Source: a candidate division WOR-3 bacterium
Lineage (GTDB): Bacteria; Hydrothermota; Tepidihabitantia; Tepidihabitantales; Tepidihabitantaceae
Assembly: GCA_965649225.1 (NCBI GenBank)
Contig: CBFGJX010000009.1
Location: 29,200 to 93,199, forward strand
Direction: 5' to 3'
DNA: 64,000 nucleotides
Shown: positions 1 to 9,255 of the stretch, one piece after another
Layout of the letters: each line of letters starts with the position of its first letter
How positions within the stretch are numbered: position 1 is the first letter of the stretch
Notes under the pieces: generated by a model
What the model saw: only the letters and a program-made list of their open reading frames with translations
What the model was told of the DNA's origin: nothing
Databases searched by the model: none
Position numbers and translations under genes: made by a program

Positions 1-463
1 GCGCGCCCCAGATGTCGGCGACGCCGGAGCGCGAATCCGACCACACCACCAGCCAGTTTGTGCCGTCGAACGCCACCGCCGGGAAGGACTCGTCGCCTGC
101 CTTGCCCGAGATGACGATGTTCTGCGTATCGAGCACCTGCCCGCTGAAGTTGATACGCGTCGCGAAGATGTCGTTGGTCGTCTTGCGTCGGTTGTCGTGC
201 CACGCGACGAGGTAAGCGCTGTCGCCGCGGGCAAGCTCGACGTAGCTCTGCACGCCCTCGGCCGGTATCAGGCCGAGCGCAGAGTCCAGCATCAGCGCCG
301 GCCCGATGCTGTCTGCGTCTGCGCCCGGATTCGGGATTCGGGGTTTCGGGCTTACCCGGCCCACTGGAGCCAGCACACCGCCGCCCAGGTCGCCGTAGAT
401 ATCGTCAGCCGCGGCCGCGAACGCGGCCCCGCACAACATAGCCAGCACAAGGATGCGTTTCAT
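1..463 (-). CDS. Secreted repeat protein, 5' part only (runs off the window start)
   Basis: Manual translation from ATG at 463: [21 protein letters not shown] signal peptide, then [15 protein letters not shown] and [28 protein letters not shown] repeat units; frame open to base 1; not in the ORF track. Confidence 0.8.
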   Translation of the reverse strand, partial: [154 protein letters not shown]

Positions 464-520
464 GGCGAAGTGAGTCTAGCCCTGCCCGCCGCACGGTCAA
501 CCACCCTGCCTCGCCATTGC

Positions 521-549
521 TTGTGTCGAGCCAGCCGGTCAGGTACAAT
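521..549 (+). promoter_or_regulatory. Sigma70-like promoter for the M14 peptidase
   Basis: TTGTGT-17 bp-TACAAT, upstream of GGAG and TTG at 574. Confidence 0.5.
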
Positions 550-573
550 GAAGTCAAACCCTGGGAGAAACAC

Positions 574-2511
574 TTGAATCTTGTACTTGCCCTGCTGATT
601 GTTTCGGCTGCGCCGGCCGACCTGCCGGTCGAGCGGATTGTGCGCATCGATGTTCCCAGCCACGACGCGGTCTACTCGCTGGCCCGCGAGTTCGACCTTG
701 CGGTCATCAATGCGCAGGAAAAGTTCGTCGACGCCTATGCCGACGACGACCTCATCGCGCGCCTGCGCGCCGCCGGCTGGACCGTGACCGTGCTGGTCGA
801 GGACTACACCCAACTGGACTTTGTCACATACAACAGCTACACCCAGGCCTGCTCCATCCTCACCGCCCTGCGCGCGGCATACCCGGCAATCACCCGCGTT
901 GAGACACTCGGGCTGTCGGCCGGCAACCGCGTCATTCCGGCGATACTGGTCACCGGCGATGCCGCCGGCACCGCGCCGGTCTGCCGCGCCATCGGCGCCC
1001 ACCACGGCAACGAGAAGATGAGCACCGAAATCTGCCTCTACCTCGCCCAGTATCTCTGCAGCACCTATACCACCAGCCCACAGGTCCGCCGGCTGGTTGA
1101 CAACCGCCGGTTCTGGATTGTTCCCATCATCAACCCCGACGGCCACGTCGCCAACCGCCGCACCAACGACAACGGCGTCGACCTCAACCGCGACTACGGC
1201 TACGAATGGGAGTCCACCACCCGCAACTTCTCCCAGCCCGAGACCCGGGCCCTGCGCGCGCTGTCCGAGTGCGAGTACCCGACCTCGGAGTACGAGTTCC
1301 ACACCACCGCATCCTATGTCAACTACCTCTGGGACAACCACCCCTCCGACCCGCCCGACTCGGCCTTCATCATGGCGCTCGCCCGGCGTTATGCCGACTC
1401 CACCTACGGCTCGGCCACGACCCAGCTCCAGCCCATCAACGGCTACGACTGGTACGAGGTCCACGGCTCCTGTCAGGACTACATGTTCGGCATCTACGGC
1501 TGCCAGTCGGTCACCATCGAAACCCAGCTTCCCTCAACCCGACCGCGCATCGACTCCATCTGCGAGGCCAACCGCCGCGCACTGTTCGGCATCTTCACTC
1601 TCGCCGGCCAGGGCATCAACGGCCTCGTCACCGATTCCGCCACCGGCCGGCCGCTCTTTGCCCGCATCGACTTCACCAGCCCGTACCGCTGGACAACCTG
1701 GGCCAATGCCGCCACCGGCGACTTCCACAAGATGGTCCCGCCCGGCGCCTACACCTTCACGGTATCTGCCAACGGCTATGCCCCGCGCACGGTCAGCCAG
1801 CTCGTCGTGCCCGACACCGGCATCACCATCAGCGTGCCCCTGCAGTATGTCGGATTCGACAGCCTCAACTGGGCCCAGCGTGCGGTCACGCTGCGCCGCG
1901 ACGACAACAGCCACGCCTACAGCGACTGGATACTGCGTGCGCTCGGCCCGGCCGACGGCAGCTTCTACACGGTCGGCCCCAGCCCTTCGGAATTTGTCCT
2001 TGACCTCGACCCGACGGTTCGCTGCCGCAACGGCGTCGGCCCCGACATCCAGGTCTACGCCACCGGCGCCTACACCATCTATGCCGGCAACGACTACCGC
2101 GGCCCCTGGTACTCGCTCGGCCCCGGCTCAGGCAACGCCGGCTTCGACCTCGCCACACCCGGGCTTGACTCCTGCCGCTATGTCCGGCTGGTCTCGTCCG
2201 GCACCTGCACGGTCGACGCGGTCGGCTTCCGCGGCAGCCCGACCACGGCCGTCGCAGAAAGGCCGAAGCCGAACGCCTCGCGCAACACTCCCCACGCCTC
2301 CATCGTCCGCGGCGTGCTGTCGCTGCCGGCTGCCACCGGGCAGAACGAAGCGTCCAGCGCACTCCTTGACGCCACCGGCCGGCAGGTGCTTGGCCTCCGG
2401 CCCGGCCCGAACGACGTAACCTCGTTGTCGCCGGGCGTCTACTTCATACGGCAGGTGTCCGGCGTATCGCGTGAAGCCGCGGCCACAAGCCGCATCATCA
2501 TCGCCCGGTAA
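574..2511 (+). CDS. Secreted M14 zinc carboxypeptidase with carboxypeptidase regulatory-like domain and C-terminal sorting domain
   Basis: HGNE zinc motif, INPDG, RRTNDNGVDLNRDY, SQPETRAL, FH; C-terminal LLDATGRQVLGLRPGPNDVTSLSPGVYF; start moved to TTG 574 behind the RBS. Confidence 0.9.
   Translation: MNLVLALLIVSAAPADLPVERIVRIDVPSHDAVYSLAREFDLAVINAQEKFVDAYADDDLIARLRAAGWTVTVLVEDYTQLDFVTYNSYTQACSILTALRAAYPAITRVETLGLSAGNRVIPAILVTGDAAGTAPVCRAIGAHHGNEKMSTEICLYLAQYLCSTYTTSPQVRRLVDNRRFWIVPIINPDGHVANRRTNDNGVDLNRDYGYEWESTTRNFSQPETRALRALSECEYPTSEYEFHTTASYVNYLWDNHPSDPPDSAFIMALARRYADSTYGSATTQLQPINGYDWYEVHGSCQDYMFGIYGCQSVTIETQLPSTRPRIDSICEANRRALFGIFTLAGQGINGLVTDSATGRPLFARIDFTSPYRWTTWANAATGDFHKMVPPGAYTFTVSANGYAPRTVSQLVVPDTGITISVPLQYVGFDSLNWAQRAVTLRRDDNSHAYSDWILRALGPADGSFYTVGPSPSEFVLDLDPTVRCRNGVGPDIQVYATGAYTIYAGNDYRGPWYSLGPGSGNAGFDLATPGLDSCRYVRLVSSGTCTVDAVGFRGSPTTAVAERPKPNASRNTPHASIVRGVLSLPAATGQNEASSALLDATGRQVLGLRPGPNDVTSLSPGVYFIRQVSGVSREAAATSRIIIAR
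2401..2504 (+). repeat. Direct repeat copy A (CTD-coding 3' end), partner at 11978-12081
   Basis: 104 bp, 4 mismatches by manual alignment. Confidence 0.95.
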
Positions 2512-2529
2512 CTTTCGACACAACGTCAA

Positions 2530-2553
2530 GGCGGCGGGTTATCACCCGCCGCC
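2530..2553. terminator. Hairpin between convergent genes
   Basis: GGCGGCGGGT-TATC-ACCCGCCGCC perfect 10 bp stem; no clear U-tract. Confidence 0.55.
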
Positions 2554-2582
2554 GCGTCTGTCAGCAATGCCCCACCGTCAAC

Positions 2583-3329
2583 TCAGCGCAGGCGAAAAGG
2601 CTCAGGGTCGGCGTGGTCCCGGGCCAACAGCGACAACGATACGCCGAGCGAGGCCGACAGCCGCTGAACGTCAGGGTTGGCCCACACCCGAGTGCTTTCC
2701 AGAAACTCGTACTCAAGGTAGCTGGTCCAGACCGGCAGGCCGACCGACAACACCGGCATGATGCGGACCCGTTCGACGAACGTCACCGGGAGACCGCCGC
2801 TCGCGGTGATATCCCACGACTGCTCGACGGTGCGGCCGAATTCGAAGCCGCTGGCTCGGTAGCGGTGGCCCGCTCCAATGGAAGCGGCGTAGCCGAGGGT
2901 ACCGTACCCGCCGCTGACCAAGAGACGGCCGTCGAACGCCCTGCCAGTTTCAACCAAGGCCATCGGAATGAGCGCGATGGACCCAGAGGCATCAGCCACA
3001 AAGGCGACCGAGGGTTCGCCGTCCCAGAACGTGTACTTCGCCGAGAGCCCGGCCGCAGCCACCCCCAGCCTGAGGCCGAGGTCGCAGTTGCGAAACAGGC
3101 CGAGGTGCAGCGCGTACATCGGCACGGGCAATCGCTCGCCCCAGAAACCCAGTTCCACTCCGCTCGAATCGCGCAGTTTCGCGCCAAACTCCACAGCCAG
3201 CGTGTGTTCGACCCTACCCGGCGGCGCGCAGCGTGAGGTCTCATAGAGGCCGAAACTCATACAGCCGGCGAACGGAAAGACAGCCAGCAGCGCGGCCGCT
3301 GCTCGTACAAGACATCTAATCACCTTCAC
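2583..3329 (-). CDS. Putative lipoprotein / outer-membrane beta-barrel-like protein
   Basis: Lipobox-like FAGC; alternating amphipathic strands (LHLGLFRNCDLGLRLG, LSASLGVSLSL). Confidence 0.65.
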   Translation of the reverse strand: MKVIRCLVRAAAALLAVFPFAGCMSFGLYETSRCAPPGRVEHTLAVEFGAKLRDSSGVELGFWGERLPVPMYALHLGLFRNCDLGLRLGVAAAGLSAKYTFWDGEPSVAFVADASGSIALIPMALVETGRAFDGRLLVSGGYGTLGYAASIGAGHRYRASGFEFGRTVEQSWDITASGGLPVTFVERVRIMPVLSVGLPVWTSYLEYEFLESTRVWANPDVQRLSASLGVSLSLLARDHADPEPFRLR

Positions 3330-4983
3330 TGCTGCCCCTCCACGCGAAGTTGGCGGTCGACTCCATCAACAGGCGCTTGTTGCCGCCGTCGGCATCGGCA
3401 ACCCAGATTCTGGACTTAACGTACATCAAGTCGCCGCCCTGTCCACGTGTCTCTATCCAAGCAATGCGCGTGCCATCGGGCGAGCGAATCGGGCTGCCTT
3501 CGGACGTCCCCACGCGGCTGGCGTATCTCTGCACGATCGTCTGGGATGCCGGCTTCATCTGACCGGTCAGCGGGTTTACCTGCCATACGGGGTCGGTCGC
3601 TGAATAGTGAAGGGTCGGCGGCCCCTGCTCACCCTCCCCTCGCAAGTACTCGCAGACGCTGTAACCAGCGCGGAAGAGCATCACCGTATCCGCTATCCAC
3701 TGTGGTGCATAGCCGTTATGGACGAAAGGCACCCGGGTTTGCTCGGCGCCGTCAGCGCGGAACAAGACATAGTCGTCGCCGTCGCGACAGAACAGGCGGT
3801 CGCCGCCCTCAAGCCACTGTCCGGAGTGCGTGCCGCGCACACGCCAGATGCTGTGGCCGCCAATATCAACCACGCCCAGCCAGACTTCATTGCCATCCCG
3901 CGCCTCGAACATCAACCTGCCGCCACCCGGTGCGGTCTTGAGCGCGGTAATCGTGCCGCCACTCCGACAGACTGCCTGGATTGTAACGCGGCCATCGGGC
4001 TCAAGAATGCCGACGCCGCAGGCCGGATGCTCCTGTTCAACGTACGCAAGCCGTGAACCGGCAAGCCACAACGGTTGCGGCCCGATGTAGCTCCATCCGG
4101 TTCCATCAACCCTGATGCAGGACCAGCGCCAGCCTGCATCCGGGTTATTGTCCCATATCCACTCGAACGCGACAGCGCTGCCGTCAGGCGACACCGACCC
4201 TGAGCGCACGCGAACCGGACCCGGTGCAAGCGGCAGAGCAATGGCTTTGCATTGACCATCGGGCATTCGCAGCATCACTGCCGATTCAAGAACGGTGTCA
4301 ACGACAATCGGCCGGGCCACCGCTTCCGGCCGGAAGTCGGCGTAGCCGATTGCCTTGACAGCTCCGGTCACGACATCCACCTCCAGAAAGCGCACGCCGT
4401 CGCCCTCCTGACCGAGCGAGCAACTCACCGTCCTGTTATCGGCCCAGCGGCAGTCCCGGATCAACAACTCTTCGTTCGGCTTTGCCGGCAGGATTTGCGT
4501 CGCCCTGCCGCTGCTCGGGTCGACGATATACAGTTCACGCGGACACAATTCCGGATCGGGGTCGCTGGGCCGCAGTGTCACAACCGCGAGGTATTTCTCG
4601 TCGGGCGACCAGCTAACCAGTTTGCCCGTGACCGGCAATTGCTGCACGCGGCCGCCCGCCATATCGAGCACGTATCCGCCGCCGACAACCACCTTGCTGC
4701 CGGTTGGCGACGGCGTCAACCCGCCCGCCGGCGTCAAGCGGTTGACGACCGGCGGATTGTCGAGCGTGGCAATGACAATCTGCTCGTCGCCCGTGGGTGT
4801 CTGGTCATCCACGTCGCCCCCCGAGAAGGCGCGGTATTCGGCGAAGCACAACCGCCGGCTGTCCGGCGACCAGCGCAGTTCCTTGTAACAGCTTGACCAT
4901 CCGAACCAGGCAAAGGCCGGCAGCGGCCACAAGCCCAGTAGCATTACTGCCAGCCCAAAACCGGCCTGCCGATACATCACCAC
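3316..4983 (-). CDS. Exported TolB-like beta-propeller protein
   Basis: Signal peptide ending PAFA; repeated WSPD/SPDG blades; C-terminal IWVADADGGNKRLL. Confidence 0.75.
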   Translation of the reverse strand: MVMYRQAGFGLAVMLLGLWPLPAFAWFGWSSCYKELRWSPDSRRLCFAEYRAFSGGDVDDQTPTGDEQIVIATLDNPPVVNRLTPAGGLTPSPTGSKVVVGGGYVLDMAGGRVQQLPVTGKLVSWSPDEKYLAVVTLRPSDPDPELCPRELYIVDPSSGRATQILPAKPNEELLIRDCRWADNRTVSCSLGQEGDGVRFLEVDVVTGAVKAIGYADFRPEAVARPIVVDTVLESAVMLRMPDGQCKAIALPLAPGPVRVRSGSVSPDGSAVAFEWIWDNNPDAGWRWSCIRVDGTGWSYIGPQPLWLAGSRLAYVEQEHPACGVGILEPDGRVTIQAVCRSGGTITALKTAPGGGRLMFEARDGNEVWLGVVDIGGHSIWRVRGTHSGQWLEGGDRLFCRDGDDYVLFRADGAEQTRVPFVHNGYAPQWIADTVMLFRAGYSVCEYLRGEGEQGPPTLHYSATDPVWQVNPLTGQMKPASQTIVQRYASRVGTSEGSPIRSPDGTRIAWIETRGQGGDLMYVKSRIWVADADGGNKRLLMESTANFAWRGSSEGD

Positions 4984-5429
4984 CCCCCCTCTTTTCGACG
5001 GAATTCAATTCTGCTCGAAACCACGACAAATCGGTATCCCTCCGACCAGTCTGAAACGGCTTCATGTTCATCCTTTGCCTGCGCCCGGATGTAGTATGTG
5101 TCAGGTGCCGACCAGGAGTGAGATTTTCTGAACGGTGCCGGTGGACAGCCCGGCGGCTCAGATGGCGGAGAAGGGAGGTAATTGCTCCACTCGGAAGTGT
5201 CGCCATCGCCCCAGTCAAACCGCAGCGCAACCGCGTCACCGTCCGGGTCGCCATAGTATTGGATGTAGAAATCATAGGAACTGTCAACGACTCCTTCGTG
5301 CGAGTACGAATGGCAGCCGGCCACGCTAGGTGGCCGGTTTGGTCTGCCCGGGCATCCTGATAGTACCCCACATAGCAGCAACACTGCCAACAACGTGAAA
5401 TCACGTGTCATGTCCTGATATCTATCCAC
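4977..5429 (-). CDS. PKD-domain lipoprotein
   Basis: Lipobox LSGC; DPDGD..RFDWGDG..SEWS..SHSWSAPDTYYIRAQAKD; GTG start behind GGAGG. Confidence 0.75.
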   Translation of the reverse strand: MDRYQDMTRDFTLLAVLLLCGVLSGCPGRPNRPPSVAGCHSYSHEGVVDSSYDFYIQYYGDPDGDAVALRFDWGDGDTSEWSNYLPSPPSEPPGCPPAPFRKSHSWSAPDTYYIRAQAKDEHEAVSDWSEGYRFVVVSSRIEFRRKEGGW

Positions 5430-5552
5430 TGAACCTCCCTTCGCTCTCAGACTCAGGCAGGGATCGACGCCGGGCGGATTCATCACAGCCGCACGAGCAC
5501 GAGCGCGCCCTGACGGCATGGTTGGCGCGCCCGCCACTCATGCATTCAACCG

Positions 5553-5870
5553 TCAGGGTCGCCCTGAGCAACTCCAAGCGATTCGGACGCCGAGTCCGAC
5601 GGCCAGTGGACCGAACAGCGCAACGCCAGCGACAGGAACAATGAACGCGCCAAGGCCCATCACTGGAGCAGGTATCGCGATGCACAACAGCCCTGCGCAC
5701 CCGACAGCCAGCATCGCCGCCGTCGCACCGACGGCTTCGGCCGCGATTGCCAGCACCGGGGCAACCGCCGGCTGCACGACCGCACCCTGCTCTCCCGGCT
5801 GCGGGGTGACCTCAGCGGCCAGCGCCAGCACGGCAGGGACGGGAAACAGTGTCAGGGCTCTGCGACACAA
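5553..5870 (-). CDS. Small hydrophobic hypothetical membrane protein
   Basis: Co-oriented with neighbours; two hydrophobic stretches; no recognised motif. Confidence 0.35.
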   Translation of the reverse strand: MCRRALTLFPVPAVLALAAEVTPQPGEQGAVVQPAVAPVLAIAAEAVGATAAMLAVGCAGLLCIAIPAPVMGLGAFIVPVAGVALFGPLAVGLGVRIAWSCSGRP

Positions 5871-5962
5871 TCCGCGTGGCCGTTTGACAGCATCGGCTAT
5901 CGCCCTACCTCTGCAGGCTTCAACATCTTTCCTCTCCGTGAACCATCAGCGGTCTACGCGAT

Positions 5963-6430
5963 TCAGAACCTTCGGTACAGCCCGACCTTCAGGCCACCGC
6001 TCTGCGGTGCGAGGCCGAGGCGCACGCCGAGGAACCGGTCGCGGTAGTCGCGCGCGACGGCGTCGTCGTGCACGTCCGACACCATCAGGGCCCGCCAGCC
6101 AAGCGCAACTGCGCCAAACAAACCTGAGCCGACATAAAAAACCGTACTGCCTGTCTGCAGGGAATCGGCCCGGGGGTCTGGCCTCAATCGCGCGGCCTCA
6201 TCGGCCATCAACTTGCCGCCAAGGAAGAACAGGCCGGCACCGCCCCACCAGCAGAGTTCGGTGCCCAGCGCGAAGAAGCCCTTGCCGACATTGCCGAGAT
6301 AGAACTGGCCGGCACCGGGAAGAACCGATGACATCACCATCGCGGTCTTGATGCGCTTTTCGCCAGACTCGATCGCAAGCGCTGACCCAGCAAGTGTGGC
6401 AATCAACAGCAGCGCAATTGCGCGGTTCAC
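5963..6430 (-). CDS. Membrane/exported protein (TM2/DUF5683-like)
   Basis: Signal peptide; KTAMVMSSVLPGAGQFYLG motif; C-terminal aromatic (GLYRRF); overlaps the upstream stop. Confidence 0.7.
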   Translation of the reverse strand: MNRAIALLLIATLAGSALAIESGEKRIKTAMVMSSVLPGAGQFYLGNVGKGFFALGTELCWWGGAGLFFLGGKLMADEAARLRPDPRADSLQTGSTVFYVGSGLFGAVALGWRALMVSDVHDDAVARDYRDRFLGVRLGLAPQSGGLKVGLYRRF

Positions 6431-7143
6431 AGTTCACCTCTCAGCGGTTCGAGCATTTCCCTGACAACCAACCGGCCAATAAGGTCAACACGGCGCAACT
6501 CGTCTTTGGTTAACACGCCGCTGTAGGTAAGCCTGTAGGAACCCGGAACCCGGGCATCGCCCTGAATCAGCTTGCTCGATTCAAAGATGACCCGGGCATC
6601 AGCCACCCTGATAATCGAGATCAAGGCACCCAGTGCCGGCTCGCGAGTCACCGTACCGTAATGGTACTCGGTTTCACTTGCACTTACCCGGTTAGGCACA
6701 AGCCAGCCGATGATTCCACTGGGCGGCTTGATATCCTTCTCTGCCTTCTGGCTCTCTTTGCCAAGCAGGGCAGTTTCGGTACCAAACGGGGAATATACCG
6801 TAACCGCGGCACCGATAACCGCATCTGCTCTCAGGCGTTCTCCCAGCAGCTTGATATTGAACGGGTTGCCGAGGTCTTCTCCGCTCAGCTTGAGTTCGTT
6901 GAGCGCCGCCGTCACCTCAGTCGGAGTGACAAACTCAAATCGCCTCAAACTGATCAACTCAGTGAGCAACAGCCGCTCAAATAACGGGTTGACCTCGTTG
7001 TACCCGGTGGCATTGTCGACGGGCAGGACGGCGATTCGCCGCACGGCACTCAGAGCGGCTTTGTCCATTGCGATCAACGGAGCCGGTGCCTTGGTGCAGA
7101 CCAGCAACGAGACCGCAATCAGCATGGGTCCAGCTCGATGCAT
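6427..7143 (-). CDS. Exported CsgG/DUF799-like alpha/beta protein
   Basis: ATG 7143 behind GGAGGA; RRIAVLPVDNATG, LGERLRADAVIG, ISIIRVADARVIF pattern. Confidence 0.7.
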   Translation of the reverse strand: MHRAGPMLIAVSLLVCTKAPAPLIAMDKAALSAVRRIAVLPVDNATGYNEVNPLFERLLLTELISLRRFEFVTPTEVTAALNELKLSGEDLGNPFNIKLLGERLRADAVIGAAVTVYSPFGTETALLGKESQKAEKDIKPPSGIIGWLVPNRVSASETEYHYGTVTREPALGALISIIRVADARVIFESSKLIQGDARVPGSYRLTYSGVLTKDELRRVDLIGRLVVREMLEPLRGEL

Positions 7144-7306
7144 ATTTCCTCCCCGCGGACGTGGCTGCGGCTGCGCGGCCTGCCGTCCACGCTCCGCTTC
7201 ACGCGATAGTAACAGCGCAGCCATACCTGTCAATGGTTGTTCGTGCCCACCGGCCCTTGACAATGTTGTCGGCGCCAGAATAATGACGGTAACGAAAGGG
7301 GATACG

Positions 7307-7771
7307 ATGGCCAGACAATCGATGTGCCCGAGGTACTGCCGGGTCGAACTCCGCAAGGTCAGGGTCAAGGATTTTGAGGTCGACCAGTGTCCGTCCTGTC
7401 AGGGAGTCTGGTTTGACGCCAAGGGCGACGAACTCCTCGAAACTCTCCGCGTCGGCTACGGCAATGCGCCCGAAGAACTCAAACAGAGCTGGGAAGCAGG
7501 CGGTGGCAAGATATCCTACGGCACCCCGCACGATTACAACTGTCCACGCTGCGGCAGCCTGCTCGTGACCTACATGTATATGGGAAACGAAGGCGGTTCT
7601 TTCGAGATTGACGGCTGCCGCAAGGGCTGTGGCGTCTGGCTCGACGACGGCGAACTCGACAGCGCCTACCAGACCCTCAAACTTGTCAACCCCGCGGCCC
7701 TCAAACCGAAAAGGCGACCCGCGAAACCCGGCACACTCGAGCGCATCCTCAGCTTCCTGCTGAGCAGGTAA
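7307..7771 (+). CDS. Double zinc-ribbon (zf-TFIIB-like) protein
   Basis: CPRYC..VDQCPSCQGVWFD and CPRC..IDGCRKGCGVWLDDGEL; start reassigned to ATG 7307. Confidence 0.85.
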   Translation: MARQSMCPRYCRVELRKVRVKDFEVDQCPSCQGVWFDAKGDELLETLRVGYGNAPEELKQSWEAGGGKISYGTPHDYNCPRCGSLLVTYMYMGNEGGSFEIDGCRKGCGVWLDDGELDSAYQTLKLVNPAALKPKRRPAKPGTLERILSFLLSR

Positions 7772-7864
7772 GCTTACAGCGACCACCGCTTGGCCGAGAC
7801 CGTTTCCTGCCCGAGTATTGACCCCCAGCGGGCAAGACCGTCTTGCGTCGCAAGGAGGAGAAAG

Positions 7865-9244
7865 ATGACTTTTCACAACCGGCTGGTCCTGTTATACAGC
7901 GCCATCCTTGCGCTGGCCAGAGGCTTGCCCGGCCCGGTCGCTACGGAACTGGCAGCCGCCGGTAAGCGCGGTGGCTGGGTTAGCTGGTCGCCCGACAGTA
8001 CCGTGTTGTACCTGGCGGATTCGACGGACGCCCGGGTTATCACTCTCGATGCATTCAGCGGCCGGGTGGTTGAGTATGCCGAAAGTGCCTTCGTGCCGGT
8101 GGCGTTGTACCGGGTGGCATCAAATGGTTGTGTGTTCTGCGCGGGGAACCGGCTGACCAGCAATCGCGGTGTCGCTGTCGTTTTCGGCCCCGAGCCGGCC
8201 GGAGCAGCGACCCGTCTTGGCTTCGGGGGCAGACTGCTGTCGACCAGTTACGATTCCGTCTTCGAACTTCTGTACTGCATGACCGCGCGTCCCGGTCATG
8301 ACTCAGCAGTCACCGTGATTGATTGCCGTTCGTTCAAGGCCCTGGTCACCCTGTGCTTCAACGCCGGCCGGGCAATACCAGTTGCAGTGAACGGCAGAAC
8401 CATCATCCACCGTAAGACAGCAGCCGCCGGCGGCGGTCGAAGCGAACCGGCGAAAAAATCTGCCGGGGTACTGCTAGCGCCGGATGAAGCGTATGATCTC
8501 GACTCCACTCTGCCCCAGCGGACACCGACTGGGCCGACCCGGCCGGACAGTTCCGCCGTGAGAGCCCGGTCGCTGGAGTCTGGCGACGATGATATCACGG
8601 TCGTGGACGGTACCGGCGACGACGACATAACCGTGGTTGACAGACCGGCGCGTGACAGCGCTGTCTTCACTGTTGCTGGAGTAAAGCCGGGCAGTGACAG
8701 CCAACTGGCCGGAGACGAAACCGCCAGCGTCGATTGGCCGAGCCTGGCAAACTGGGCGACCAGCCGAGACAGGAATGGCTCGGGCAGAACCGAGGCAGGG
8801 ACAACTGCCGACACTGCAAAGGGTGGCTTCTATTCCAAATCGAGCTACAAGGCCGATGCTTATGGCGTCAGCTACCACCTCGGAGGCCGGTGGCAGATGA
8901 TTCCTCGCTGGCGTCGTGTGCTGGATTCGCTGCTTGCCGACCACCGCAGCTACCCCTATTGGCTGCAGCGTTTTGTCGTGGCGCCGACTACGGCTCTGCT
9001 GTTTGTTCAACCACGCACAGCTGTCAGGACGGTGTCCATCGCCGTGCGTTGTCCGGCTGGTCGGACGCAGGATACCGTCCGCTTCATTGCCCCCGGCGGA
9101 ACCGTAAATCTGTCTGTTCCGATCCACACCCCGACCGCGGTCTTCCAACAGCGGGTTGATTGTCTGCCCACGGGGGTTTACTTCGCGGTCCTCGCCAGCG
9201 ATTGTCGTCAGCGGGTCAAGTTTGTCCGGTCGGGCCGGATCTGA
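7865..9244 (+). CDS. Secreted protein with partial YVTN-like propeller and divergent CTD
   Basis: ATG behind GGAGGAG; signal peptide; LYC..SAVTVIDC; duplicated GDDDITVVD; C-terminal LPTGVYF. Confidence 0.7.
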   Translation: MTFHNRLVLLYSAILALARGLPGPVATELAAAGKRGGWVSWSPDSTVLYLADSTDARVITLDAFSGRVVEYAESAFVPVALYRVASNGCVFCAGNRLTSNRGVAVVFGPEPAGAATRLGFGGRLLSTSYDSVFELLYCMTARPGHDSAVTVIDCRSFKALVTLCFNAGRAIPVAVNGRTIIHRKTAAAGGGRSEPAKKSAGVLLAPDEAYDLDSTLPQRTPTGPTRPDSSAVRARSLESGDDDITVVDGTGDDDITVVDRPARDSAVFTVAGVKPGSDSQLAGDETASVDWPSLANWATSRDRNGSGRTEAGTTADTAKGGFYSKSSYKADAYGVSYHLGGRWQMIPRWRRVLDSLLADHRSYPYWLQRFVVAPTTALLFVQPRTAVRTVSIAVRCPAGRTQDTVRFIAPGGTVNLSVPIHTPTAVFQQRVDCLPTGVYFAVLASDCRQRVKFVRSGRI

Positions 9245-9255
9245 CCGCAGGCCGC

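Noticed and set aside
1097..2419. Long alternative-frame or antisense ORFs (also 460-1464, 27420-29114, 36887-38026, 49146-51239, 59354-60526, 61265-62686)
   Set aside because: Shadow ORFs expected in GC-rich DNA; they overlap motif-supported genes and show low-complexity or antisense composition
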